DNA of 64,000 nt from Spirochaetaceae bacterium (GTDB lineage Bacteria > Spirochaetota > Spirochaetia > DSM-2461): assembly GCA_965224705.1 (NCBI GenBank), contig OZ245056.1, forward strand, positions 320,001 through 384,000, written 5' to 3'. Positions 19,426 to 28,930 of this stretch are shown piece by piece. Below the pieces are notes generated by a model, which saw only the letters and a list, made by a program, of their open reading frames with translations, did no database searches and had not been told where the DNA came from. The translations under genes were made by a program, and so were the position numbers. Position 1 is the stretch's first letter; every line of letters begins with the position of its first letter.

Positions 19426-20691
19426 TCAATCTTTCCCGAGGCTATTCTTATTCGCCATAACCTTCTTCACCGCCTCATAAATCTGTTCAATGTCGCCCGA
19501 TGTTCCCAGGAGGACGCGGTGGGGCAGGGTTACAGACCGATTTCTGTAGGAATCTTCAGCCACGGGAAGTTTAAATCTACCGGGATTCAGTGCGTCCATG
19601 TGAGCCTTATTCAAATGATGCCGTTTTTTTGTAAGCGGACGGTAAAGGGTGCAATCGTTTAGGGGCTGATAGCAGGGGGCTGCACCAATGCCCAGTTCAG
19701 CGCTCAGGGCGGATCGGAACTGGGCCGCGGGTAATCCGGTTTCCTCCGGACTTATTCTAAAGGCATAGTTGAAGTAGGCCTTTTTCGTTTCTCTGGAATC
19801 CTCCCGCATGATGTGAATTCCCGGCAGCTCCTTCAGCATGGAGTCCAAGAGATGCGCGTTTTTCTCCCGAGTTTTATTCTGCTCGCCCAGTCTGCCCAGC
19901 TGCGCAAGCAGAACCGATGCCTGAAACTCCGTGATGCGATAGTTGCCGCTCTGAATGAAATCCCCTTCCAGTCCGTAGTCACCGGAACTCTTGTCGACCG
20001 CCATGTTGGTCGGTCTCCTTCCGCAGTTTCTCAGCGCGTCAAGTTTGAACCAGAGATCCTGATCCGCAGTGGTGAGGATACCTCCCTCGCCGGCGGTAAG
20101 AACCTTTGAAAGCTGCAGGCTGAAGCTGCCTATGTCTCCGAGACTACCCACCGACCGGTTGCGCCATTCCGCACCGTGCTGGTGAGCCGCATCCTCAATC
20201 ACATAGAGGCCATGCTTTTTGGCGATGCTTCCAATCGCATCCATATCGGCGATGCTCCCATACAGGTGCACTGGAATAATCGCCCTGGTCCGTTCGGTCA
20301 GATTCGCTTCAACGGCCCGGGGATCAACACACCAGGTATCGTCCTCAACATCCGTCAGTATGGGAACGGCATTAACGTCGACAACGGCGGCCGCGGTCGC
20401 CTGCCATGTGATTCCCGGTACAATAACCTCGTCTCCCACGCCGATATTCAGGGCTTCCAGAGCAAGCTGCAGGGAGACAGTGCCGTTGGAGGTCAGCAGG
20501 GAATACTTGCTCCCAATGACCTGGTTCCAGGCATTGATGAAGGCCCTTTCGCGAGGACCGTTGTAAGACCAGATACCGCTTTCCAGGACTTCAATAAGGC
20601 CGCGTTTTTCCTCCTCCCCCCATACCGGCCAGCCTGGCCATGGATTTTTTTCTGTGTTTCGAATCGAATTACCACCGTTTATTGCCAGCAT
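19426..20691 (-). CDS. DegT/DnrJ/EryC1/StrS aminotransferase, resembling inosose aminotransferases (BtrR/StsC clade)
   Basis: N-terminal WP.WP, SNGT..L..AL.AL.IG.GDEVIVP..TW.ATA, EDAAH.HG, FS.Q.SKVLTAGEGG and GNYR.TEFQA motifs. Confidence 0.88.
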   Translation of the reverse strand: MLAINGGNSIRNTEKNPWPGWPVWGEEEKRGLIEVLESGIWSYNGPRERAFINAWNQVIGSKYSLLTSNGTVSLQLALEALNIGVGDEVIVPGITWQATAAAVVDVNAVPILTDVEDDTWCVDPRAVEANLTERTRAIIPVHLYGSIADMDAIGSIAKKHGLYVIEDAAHQHGAEWRNRSVGSLGDIGSFSLQLSKVLTAGEGGILTTADQDLWFKLDALRNCGRRPTNMAVDKSSGDYGLEGDFIQSGNYRITEFQASVLLAQLGRLGEQNKTREKNAHLLDSMLKELPGIHIMREDSRETKKAYFNYAFRISPEETGLPAAQFRSALSAELGIGAAPCYQPLNDCTLYRPLTKKRHHLNKAHMDALNPGRFKLPVAEDSYRNRSVTLPHRVLLGTSGDIEQIYEAVKKVMANKNSLGKD

Positions 20692-20727
20692 CAGGTTACT
20701 CCTTTTTAGCTTCCGTCGAAGATTTAT

Positions 20728-21741
20728 TCAGCCGTCGTTTCCAATCAGTCTGCGGAATTTTTTAATGAGATTCGCAGGCTCAATAACGGCCTCGTCTATA
20801 ATCGAATACCAGAGGCGGCTGTCGCGTACGAAGTCTGGCAGCGTCGCAAGACAGGCGCTGATTTCGTCATAATCCGTCCCGATTTTTTCGGGCCGATACT
20901 CCACCCCGGCGTCATTCAAAACGTCAAGAATTTTTTCGGGCTGATTATCCTGAAGTATGGCCATGAGCAGTATACCCAGCGCGACGAGTTCCCCGTGAAC
21001 AAAATGCCTTTTGGTTAAGTACTCCATGTTGTACGCAAAAAAATGCTCCGATCCTTCTTCCATCCGAGCATTGCCCCAGTCCGCGCACAGGTCGTTAATC
21101 GTGCTGAATGCCTCAATCAGGGCGGTAATTCCTTCCTCACTCACCGACCGAATTTCCCGACTCAATGAAACTATTTTCGTGAACACTTCCCATGCCGATT
21201 CTGCGATTCGGCTGTCGTGAACATCTTTTTCTCTGTCGGCCGCCAGTCTCCAGTCAAACTGGGCTATTTGGCAGGAGAGAATGTCGCTTATCCCGGCTCT
21301 GTTCAGTCTCGCAGGAGCACTCTGAATAATGGGACAGCAGACGATTACCTGCCCCGGCGCACAGCTGCCGATGTATCGGACGATGCTGCCTGTACGGACT
21401 GCGATTGCGGGAGTCACCATTGCATCTGCCGAAGCGATAGTCGGTATTGCGATGACCGGAAGTTTGTGAATCCATCCCATGTATTTGGCACAGTCCAGCG
21501 AGGCACCTCCGCCGATTCCGACCACTGCGTCAACATTTTCCAGAGGCTGAAGAGACCGCAGATATTGAATTCCTGTTTCTTTGACATAGCTGAGTTGGGC
21601 CGGATGTATTCGAGCATGCTCGTTCACCACCTTCCAGGGAATTTCCTGCGTGAAAACGACCGTCCGGTCCCAGTTGATATGAGATATCTGCGCACCTAAG
21701 TCATGGCCGATAGCCACCCTGGCAAAAGTACTTTCCATCAT
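20728..21741 (-). CDS. Glycerol-1-phosphate dehydrogenase-like metal-dependent dehydrogenase (DHQ synthase-like superfamily)
   Basis: GIGGG..D.AKY, PT..S.DA, RAG..D.LS, EGSEH and HGE.V.LG motifs. Confidence 0.8.
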   Translation of the reverse strand: MMESTFARVAIGHDLGAQISHINWDRTVVFTQEIPWKVVNEHARIHPAQLSYVKETGIQYLRSLQPLENVDAVVGIGGGASLDCAKYMGWIHKLPVIAIPTIASADAMVTPAIAVRTGSIVRYIGSCAPGQVIVCCPIIQSAPARLNRAGISDILSCQIAQFDWRLAADREKDVHDSRIAESAWEVFTKIVSLSREIRSVSEEGITALIEAFSTINDLCADWGNARMEEGSEHFFAYNMEYLTKRHFVHGELVALGILLMAILQDNQPEKILDVLNDAGVEYRPEKIGTDYDEISACLATLPDFVRDSRLWYSIIDEAVIEPANLIKKFRRLIGNDG

Positions 21742-21885
21742 GCGCTTCCTTTCCTACAGGATTCTAGACAACCTGACCAGATATATCAATACTTATTTTG
21801 ATTAAGGTTATGATTATCGCGATAAATACCAGCACTCACCGGTCATCCCGGCATTTCCAGCATCGATATTGTGATACGCTGTCCT

Positions 21886-21960
21886 GGATGAAAAGACTGG
21901 ATGCCAGTGTTTTCTTCCGAATGATACAAAACTTCCTGAATTCTGGTTGTACAATGGATA
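21886..21960 (+). repeat. 75-bp direct repeat, right copy
   Basis: 72/75 identical to 11292-11366. Confidence 0.9.
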
Positions 21961-22161
21961 TCAGAATCTATTAAATCTGAATGTTTGCAAGTATTAAGTT
22001 GATTCCTTGTGGATTATTGATTAAAGTATAACTATGAAGGCAGGACAGAAAGCAGCATATTCCCTGATGAAGATTTCATTCCAGATGCTGTTCTGATTCC
22101 AAACCTGTGATATAGTCTTGATTATGATCTATCAGAAACTATACAAAAAGGAAGTGTTTTC

Positions 22162-22671
22162 ATGAGAATTGTTGCTGTGAATTTCATCTTTGTATTTGTT
22201 GCTTTTGGTGTTTCGGGGCAATCGAATGATTTATTGGACAATTTCCTGGATGCGGAAAAAGCTGATATTGGAACCTCCATGCTGATAATTGCTCAGGCCG
22301 CTGGTGAGTTAGAGCCAACTGCAACACCTTTTGATGGATATCAATGGGCAGCCAGACAGGGTTTTGGCCGATTTATGAAGAGTAGGAACTCCAGCGATCC
22401 TATTACACTTGGTGTGTTCTACCTGGCATTATTTCATTCTTTGAAAGTAAAGACTGGAACCATGTTCGGTCTCTACAGAATACCGCGTTATGCGGTGATG
22501 GGAGCAAAGTATCTTGGTTATGTTGATCCTTCAAGAGCATATTACACACGTCAAATGCTGCCCTACGAAGTTCTGACAGGTATCACATATGTTCAGGACG
22601 ATATTGCCTTAAGAAGAATTAAAACGAAACAGATTAAAGCTGTCTCAGGTAATAAAAAAGATGAAATTTAG
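22162..22671 (+). CDS. Exported hypothetical protein
   Basis: 169-aa ORF with an N-terminal signal peptide. First gene of a four-gene run. Confidence 0.7.
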   Translation: MRIVAVNFIFVFVAFGVSGQSNDLLDNFLDAEKADIGTSMLIIAQAAGELEPTATPFDGYQWAARQGFGRFMKSRNSSDPITLGVFYLALFHSLKVKTGTMFGLYRIPRYAVMGAKYLGYVDPSRAYYTRQMLPYEVLTGITYVQDDIALRRIKTKQIKAVSGNKKDEI

Positions 22672-22683
22672 AGATATACCTGC

Positions 22684-23997
22684 ATGAAAACAATCAAACT
22701 CATATCAATTATTATTGTTTTAACAATCCCTGTCGGATCCATTGCTGCCAGCCATATGTGGGGAGTGGATGTCAACTTGCTCAGCTTGAAATTCCCCTCA
22801 TTTTCTTCCTTAACGACGACCATGGACCAGTCCAGTAAAGTAACCTTCTGGTTCAATGGAATGCTGAGTGATACACTGAAATTCGAAATAGATGGGGGGG
22901 GCGGTTTTGATTTAGGGTGGAATTTCACATTTGATGGAGATGGCCGATACAGTTCTGCAACTCAAGATTTTAGTGTTTATCCAATTTTGAACAAGGCATA
23001 TATTCATAGAAAAGGCACACTTCTTGAATATGAAATTGGAAGATACATGGTGAGTGATCCAGGCAATCTGATTCTGAATACTCCCCTTGATGGTATTGAA
23101 TTCACAATTAAGCCAGGTTCGCAGGCATTCAAAGCAGGTGTTGGATATACTGGATTCCTGTTCAACCATTCTACTTCTATTTCCATGACTGCAAATGACT
23201 TGAAGCGGTTAGAGGATAAAAAGGCATTGGCTGCACAGCGGTTCATTGAGTATCTTTCCTGGACCATGCCATCGACTCTCTGGCTGCAGCCTGAACTCTT
23301 CTTTCTTGCCATGCAGGATGTTGCAGCCGATGATGATCTTTCAAGGAGTGAATCAGAAAGATACCATTCCATGTATCTTGAATTCAGATCACGTGGATTC
23401 CTCGGCCAGTATTTTATATATGAATTGGCTTTAGCAGGTCAATTAGGATTTTACGGGCCTGCAACCACGGTTCTGGCCGGTTCAGGTAAGGCAAAGGTTT
23501 CATGGCTGCCGAATCCGAAGATTCAGGTTGGCATAGAGGCAATATTATCCACCGGTGATGATTCAGGGAGGAAGAGTTATGAGTTTGCAGGTGTCAATGA
23601 AGATACTGGAACCATGCTGTATCAGTATCTACCTGTGTCATCTGTCTCATCGCGTGGTTATGTCCTCGATTTTGGATTGGGAAATGTCATTTCAGCAGCG
23701 GCGTATTTCAAACACAGTCTTTCGAAGGGCTTCAACTGGGAATTGCGTACAACAACTTTTCTACGGCCTGTAGAAGGGGGTGTTGTATCAACAGCCATGG
23801 TGAATCGTGATGCTGAAGGGAGCTTTATTGCACAGGAGGCCTTGATTGGATTATCAGGAAATCCCAATGCGAATTTCAGATGGAGTGTCAAAGTCGGCGC
23901 ATTGTTTTATGGTGACCTGATTGACCTGCATAGTGTGTTTAAACAGGTTTTACCAGTAATCCCGCGTGTCGGCTTTGATCTTAATTTCAGTTTGTGA
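22684..23997 (+). CDS. Putative outer-membrane beta-barrel protein
   Basis: Signal peptide, many alternating amphipathic strands, GR...D/LDG motif and a C-terminal VGFDLNFSL. Confidence 0.65.
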   Translation: MKTIKLISIIIVLTIPVGSIAASHMWGVDVNLLSLKFPSFSSLTTTMDQSSKVTFWFNGMLSDTLKFEIDGGGGFDLGWNFTFDGDGRYSSATQDFSVYPILNKAYIHRKGTLLEYEIGRYMVSDPGNLILNTPLDGIEFTIKPGSQAFKAGVGYTGFLFNHSTSISMTANDLKRLEDKKALAAQRFIEYLSWTMPSTLWLQPELFFLAMQDVAADDDLSRSESERYHSMYLEFRSRGFLGQYFIYELALAGQLGFYGPATTVLAGSGKAKVSWLPNPKIQVGIEAILSTGDDSGRKSYEFAGVNEDTGTMLYQYLPVSSVSSRGYVLDFGLGNVISAAAYFKHSLSKGFNWELRTTTFLRPVEGGVVSTAMVNRDAEGSFIAQEALIGLSGNPNANFRWSVKVGALFYGDLIDLHSVFKQVLPVIPRVGFDLNFSL

Positions 23998-24013
23998 TTT
24001 TTAGGAGAGCATT

Positions 24014-24658
24014 ATGAAAAAGCTAATGAGTTTGATCTTATTGGGAAGTCTTTCGGTTGGGCTCTGGGCTGTGGATGCAACAATCCTTAGCCTTTCTGGA
24101 CCATCCGTAGAGATCAAAGAACCTGGCGGAACCTGGCAGCCTGCCAGTCAGGGCCAGGTTGTTTCATCAGCATCAATGATCGCTACAGGCTTCAATTCCA
24201 AAGTTAGTATATCGGTTGGCGGGATGGATTTAAGTTTGTCGTCTCTGACTCGTGTGAGTATTGATGCTCTCATGGAGGATAATGATGTTATAACCACATC
24301 TTTGTCTCTAAGTACTGGCAGATTGAGAGCCAGCTCTCAACCTGTGGAACGCAAAACCCGCCGAAAAATCGACTTCAAGGTGAATACGCCAGTTGCAACG
24401 GCGGCGGTGCGTGGAACAGAGTTCTTGTTGAGTACCAATAAATTGGAAACAATTGAAGGCATGGTTGAACTGCGGCAGGGCAGCCGTGTTGTTCAGGCCC
24501 CTGCAGGTTCAAAATCCTGGGTAGCACCTGATGCTCCACCAACTGCACCCATTGAGAATATTGGTGAATTGATTTCTCCTGAGATAACGGCTGCAGAAGA
24601 AGTTGAGGAAATTGAAACAATTGTTACAACCGGCGATGTTCGAATCATTTTGGAGTAG
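24014..24658 (+). CDS. Secreted FecR-domain protein
   Basis: Signal peptide, I.TG.NS and F.V.TP.ATAAVRGTEF motifs. Confidence 0.8.
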   Translation: MKKLMSLILLGSLSVGLWAVDATILSLSGPSVEIKEPGGTWQPASQGQVVSSASMIATGFNSKVSISVGGMDLSLSSLTRVSIDALMEDNDVITTSLSLSTGRLRASSQPVERKTRRKIDFKVNTPVATAAVRGTEFLLSTNKLETIEGMVELRQGSRVVQAPAGSKSWVAPDAPPTAPIENIGELISPEITAAEEVEEIETIVTTGDVRIILE

Positions 24659-24671
24659 TGAGGTGGTAAAG

Positions 24672-25487
24672 ATGAAACCAAAAAAAGAAACGGTAATGAT
24701 AATAACTTTTTCGATCTTGACAGGTGTTATGGCTCTATCCTGCTTCGGGGCGTTCGGTACCCACGGACAAATCGAAATAGTCATCCCGAATGCAGATGCT
24801 GCACGATCTCTTGAAGGTTATGACGGTACAGGAGAAGTTTCCATTAAGGGAACGGTCGTATACGGTAATGCCGGACAGGGCTATACAGCCAGAGAGTTTT
24901 ACAGTGGATCGACTCTGACTGAATCAAATAACTCATTTGTACTCACCAATATTCCTACAGGCACGTATATTTTTGGAATCCTGATACAGGATAGTAATGA
25001 TATTGTTATAGGATTAGCTATAAAACAAGTTGTCATTTCTGCCGGCATCAATAATGTCCCAATCAGAGTAGGCCCTGGCATTGAATCTGCCCGAATTGGT
25101 TCCATTGACTTTGGGACAGATCCAATCCAGTTTATGGAGAATAATAAAGATAAATACTCGGTAACTTTTGGTGAAGATAGGATATCCTTTATTGATAAAA
25201 CAGCCAATAGTACCAACCATCCCGATAACAGTGATGTGGAAGTGTCTTTTATTCCCATATTCTCGAAAAACAATACTCATGAAATCGTGTCAGCAAAGGC
25301 ATTTCTGATTGATGAGTCTGGAAACGTGAGTGAAGTTGATTCAGCAGAATATAGTAGCGATGGAAAAGTCACAGCTACTGTAACAAAGGGTAAAGCCGGA
25401 GTGCGATTTAAGCTTTACGATTCTCTGGATTCAACTGCTATACCCTATGTCTACGATGTGTATTTGAAAGATATAGGTTCAAATTAG
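24672..25487 (+). CDS. Putative lipoprotein with beta-rich domains
   Basis: GAGGTGG RBS before the ATG at 24672. MKPKK, a hydrophobic stretch and an ALSC lipobox. Confidence 0.7.
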   Translation: MKPKKETVMIITFSILTGVMALSCFGAFGTHGQIEIVIPNADAARSLEGYDGTGEVSIKGTVVYGNAGQGYTAREFYSGSTLTESNNSFVLTNIPTGTYIFGILIQDSNDIVIGLAIKQVVISAGINNVPIRVGPGIESARIGSIDFGTDPIQFMENNKDKYSVTFGEDRISFIDKTANSTNHPDNSDVEVSFIPIFSKNNTHEIVSAKAFLIDESGNVSEVDSAEYSSDGKVTATVTKGKAGVRFKLYDSLDSTAIPYVYDVYLKDIGSN

Positions 25488-25506
25488 ACGGAATTTTTAC
25501 AACAGT

Positions 25507-26202
25507 TCATTCCTGATGTGCTGCTGGTACCATTGCTCCTTTTTCAAGGAAACTATAGTAATCGCTGTTACTGAATATTATATGGTCGAGCAAAGGAATC
25601 CCAAGAATATCTCCAGCAGTTTGTAATCGTCTGGTGAGTATTTGATCTTCACTGCTTGGGTCTACACTTCCGGAAGGGTGATTATGGGCACAGATTACAG
25701 CGGCTGCTCTATCCGCAAGAGGATTGACAAAAACTTCCCTTGGATGGACTATTGTGCGGTTCAGTATCCCCTGAGTAACCACCCTGAGCCGCAGCACCTC
25801 ATGGGCTCCATTCAAGCTGATTACAAGAAAGTGCTCCTGAGGCCTGTCAGCCCAATGGGTAAGCAGGGGATAGACATCTGCTGGTTGACTGATCCTCTTT
25901 GCAGCAGGACGCAGACGTCTTCTTGCAAACTCAAGGGAACCTGCAATCAGACCCATTCGTGCCAGGCCAATCCCGGGGATATTCTGAAGCTGCAGGATAT
26001 CGGGGTTATTGTTTTCCTTATCCAGGACACTCAGAACTTCCATGGCCAATCCGCTGACACTTCTTCCTTTTCCACCACTGCCAAGCATGAGCGAGAGAAG
26101 TTCTATATCAGAGAGAGAACTCACTCCTAACTTTCGGAATCTTTCTCGTGGCCTTTCCTCTACCGGTATCTCCAGGATGTTTTTGCAGGTGTATGATGTC
26201 AT
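25507..26202 (-). CDS. radC: RadC/JAB-domain protein
   Basis: ERPRE, VHPREVF, HNHPSG...PS.ED and LLDHII motifs. Confidence 0.93.
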   Translation of the reverse strand: MTSYTCKNILEIPVEERPRERFRKLGVSSLSDIELLSLMLGSGGKGRSVSGLAMEVLSVLDKENNNPDILQLQNIPGIGLARMGLIAGSLEFARRRLRPAAKRISQPADVYPLLTHWADRPQEHFLVISLNGAHEVLRLRVVTQGILNRTIVHPREVFVNPLADRAAAVICAHNHPSGSVDPSSEDQILTRRLQTAGDILGIPLLDHIIFSNSDYYSFLEKGAMVPAAHQE

Positions 26203-26323
26203 ATCTCATTATAACGATGTTAAACGGGCTAAATGATTACTCAATGGACTATATTCTCTCAAAAAAATGATTTTGCAGGATTACATCTGCTGAGAGTACC
26301 TCATTTCCTCAACTGACAACAGT

Positions 26324-28786
26324 TCATGTCCCGTCAGTCATATTCATCTTTCTTGCTAATTTCGGCAAAGCAAGAGTAATAACATCCTCCACCTTCTTCA
26401 CAGGGAGGAATACTATTCCTTTTTTTACATGCTCTGGAATTTCTTCGAGATCTTCAAGATTTGATTCCGGGATGATGACCTGTTTGATTCCATGCCGCTG
26501 AGCTGCGATTGTCTTTTCCTTCAGTCCGCCAATCCCCATTACGAATCCAGTGAGACTTAATTCACCGGTCATTGCCAGGGAAGATTTGGGTTTAGTGCCT
26601 GTAACAAGGGATAAAAGAGCTGTTGTCATGGTAATACCGGCAGATGGGCCATCTTTGGGTGTTGCACCAGCGGGGATATGGAGATGAAGCATGTGTGATT
26701 CAAAAAAATCCTTTGATTCACTGAAATATGTTTCTACAAGTTTTCTTACTTTTGTATAAGCTATGGAGGCGGATTCTTTCATAACATCGCCCATTTGCCC
26801 TGTCAGCTTATATCCACTTTTTGATTCTACGGCATCGGACTCTATAACCAGGACATCACCACCCATACTGGTCCAGGCTAACCCGAGCGCCATACCAGGC
26901 ATAACAGCTTTTTTTACCCCATCCTCCCTGAAAATTGGTCTTTCCAGGTATTCTTTCAGAGAGCCAGTCGTGATGGGGATGGGCAGTTGAGATTTTTTTT
27001 CAACTACTTTCCTTGTAACCTTTCGATTGATCTTATCGACTGCTTTTTCATAGGTTCTCATCCCGGCATCACGGGCATAACCTTCCGCAATGGCTTTGAG
27101 AGACGATTTATTATATCGAATCTGCCCCTTCTTCAAACCATGTTTTTTGAGACTCTTTGGAATTATGTAGCGTCTGGCAATTTCAATTTTTTCTTCCACC
27201 ACATAGCCCGAAAGGCGAATCATCTCCATTCTATCCAAAAGGGGGCGGGGAATGGTGTCCAGAGTATTGGCTGTTGCAACAAATACGACATGAGAAAGAT
27301 CAAAAGGAAGATCAAGGTAATGATCTCGGAAATTATTGTTCTGCTCCGGATCCAATACTTCCAACAAAGCTGATGAGGGGTCTCCCTGAAGACTTATACC
27401 TAATTTGTCAATCTCATCAATCATGAATACGGGAGCTCGTGATTTAATAATTTTCATACCCTGAATAACCTTGCCGGGCATGGCACCGACATAGGTGCGG
27501 CGGTGTCCCTTGATTTCAGCCTCGTCACGCATACCGCCAACAGAGAAACGGAAAAAGGGTCTGTTCATAGATCGTGCGATGGATTTCCCTATGGAAGTTT
27601 TACCTACTCCTGGAGGGCCGACAAGAAGTATTATGGAACCTTTGGAGTCTTTTTTAAGTTTACGGACCGCTAAATACTCAAGAATTCTCTCCTTCACATC
27701 TTCCAGACCGTAATGATCTTCCTCCAGAATTCTGGCTGCTGATTCCATATCGATGATGTCGGCAGGAGGTTCGGTCCACGGAAGAGATACTATCCAGTCG
27801 AGGTAATTGCGGGTCACCGTGTATTCACTGGATGCCTGCTCCATGATTCCGAATTTATCCAGCTCTCGTTTAACCTGCTCGGCGATTTCTCCGGTGAAGT
27901 TGAATGATTCAATAGCTTCTTTTAATCTCATGAATTCACTGGATCTGGCATCTGCAGGTTCACCAAGTTCTTTCTTAATCGCTTTGAGTTCTTCTTTCAG
28001 AAAATACTCCCGCTGGCTTTTTTCTATTTTCTCATTTATTTCCCCGGCTATGCGTTTTTGGAGTTTGGACAGCTCATATTCCATTTTGACATGGACAAGT
28101 ACCAACTCCATGCGTTTTTTGACATTGATAGTTTCCAATACTTCCTGCTGTTTGTCCCTGTCTATATTGAGTATGCTGGTTATGAAATCAGCAATCTTAC
28201 CTGGAATATCAATGTTGAGTATATTCTGCCGCATTTCATCCGAGAACATGGGGTTGTCATCAGCAATCTGTTTCATTACAGAAAGGAGAGACCTGGTATA
28301 GACCTTAAGCTCCTTGTCGTTATTCTCAAATTCGTCATCAAGATATTCAACGGCTGCAAGATAGGGGCTTGTATCGGTGAGATATTTCTTAATACGAAAC
28401 CTTAAGTGAGTGCTGATGAAAATATTGATTCCGCCGTCTGGAAGTTTGATTCTTTTTGCTATTTTTGCAACTGTACCAACCTTATGCAGCTCAGAGGGCT
28501 TTGGAGAATCGATTCTGGTGTTGGTGGTGAGTACCAACCCTATGATGCTGTCTTTTTTAATAGCTTTTTCGACGATCTCCATATCCTCAGTCCCGGTGAT
28601 CATAATTGGAGTCACTATACCAGGGAATATTGGTTTGCCCTGAAGAGGAACAATGTAGATATGATTGGGTAACGCCTCTGCTATAGAGACAACCTGATTG
28701 TTGTCTTGATGATTGTTATCCTGGGAATTGTTATCCTGGGAATTGTTATCCTGGGAATTGTTGTCCTGGGAATTGTTGTCCTGCAT
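26324..28786 (-). CDS. lon: ATP-dependent Lon protease
   Basis: GPPGVGKTS, GHRRTYVGAMPG, DEIDK and PKDGPSAG (catalytic Ser) motifs. Confidence 0.97.
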   Translation of the reverse strand: MQDNNSQDNNSQDNNSQDNNSQDNNHQDNNQVVSIAEALPNHIYIVPLQGKPIFPGIVTPIMITGTEDMEIVEKAIKKDSIIGLVLTTNTRIDSPKPSELHKVGTVAKIAKRIKLPDGGINIFISTHLRFRIKKYLTDTSPYLAAVEYLDDEFENNDKELKVYTRSLLSVMKQIADDNPMFSDEMRQNILNIDIPGKIADFITSILNIDRDKQQEVLETINVKKRMELVLVHVKMEYELSKLQKRIAGEINEKIEKSQREYFLKEELKAIKKELGEPADARSSEFMRLKEAIESFNFTGEIAEQVKRELDKFGIMEQASSEYTVTRNYLDWIVSLPWTEPPADIIDMESAARILEEDHYGLEDVKERILEYLAVRKLKKDSKGSIILLVGPPGVGKTSIGKSIARSMNRPFFRFSVGGMRDEAEIKGHRRTYVGAMPGKVIQGMKIIKSRAPVFMIDEIDKLGISLQGDPSSALLEVLDPEQNNNFRDHYLDLPFDLSHVVFVATANTLDTIPRPLLDRMEMIRLSGYVVEEKIEIARRYIIPKSLKKHGLKKGQIRYNKSSLKAIAEGYARDAGMRTYEKAVDKINRKVTRKVVEKKSQLPIPITTGSLKEYLERPIFREDGVKKAVMPGMALGLAWTSMGGDVLVIESDAVESKSGYKLTGQMGDVMKESASIAYTKVRKLVETYFSESKDFFESHMLHLHIPAGATPKDGPSAGITMTTALLSLVTGTKPKSSLAMTGELSLTGFVMGIGGLKEKTIAAQRHGIKQVIIPESNLEDLEEIPEHVKKGIVFLPVKKVEDVITLALPKLARKMNMTDGT
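28694..28783 (-). repeat. 15-bp tandem repeat (6 units) encoding (QDNNS)4-QDNNH-QDNNQ at the Lon N-terminus
   Basis: Repeated CTGGGAATTGTTRTC units on the + strand. Confidence 0.9.
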
Positions 28787-28930
28787 AGTTCTTAAAGAAT
28801 AACTTGGTAGATTGAAATCGACAAGTTAATTCTACTCCTTTTGAAAAACCCATTGTCAATTAGAACTCACATCGCTATGAATTCTCTGTTCTGTCAGATT
28901 CTTCAAAAGGAGGTAATGTAGAATTGTTTT

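Noticed and set aside
20728..21741. 2-deoxy-scyllo-inosose synthase (BtrC) or DHQ synthase, implying antibiotic biosynthesis
   Set aside because: The motifs (PT..S.D, EGSEH, HGE.V) fit the G1P-dehydrogenase branch. The GGK/KN and NxGHT motifs of the sugar-phosphate cyclases are absent.
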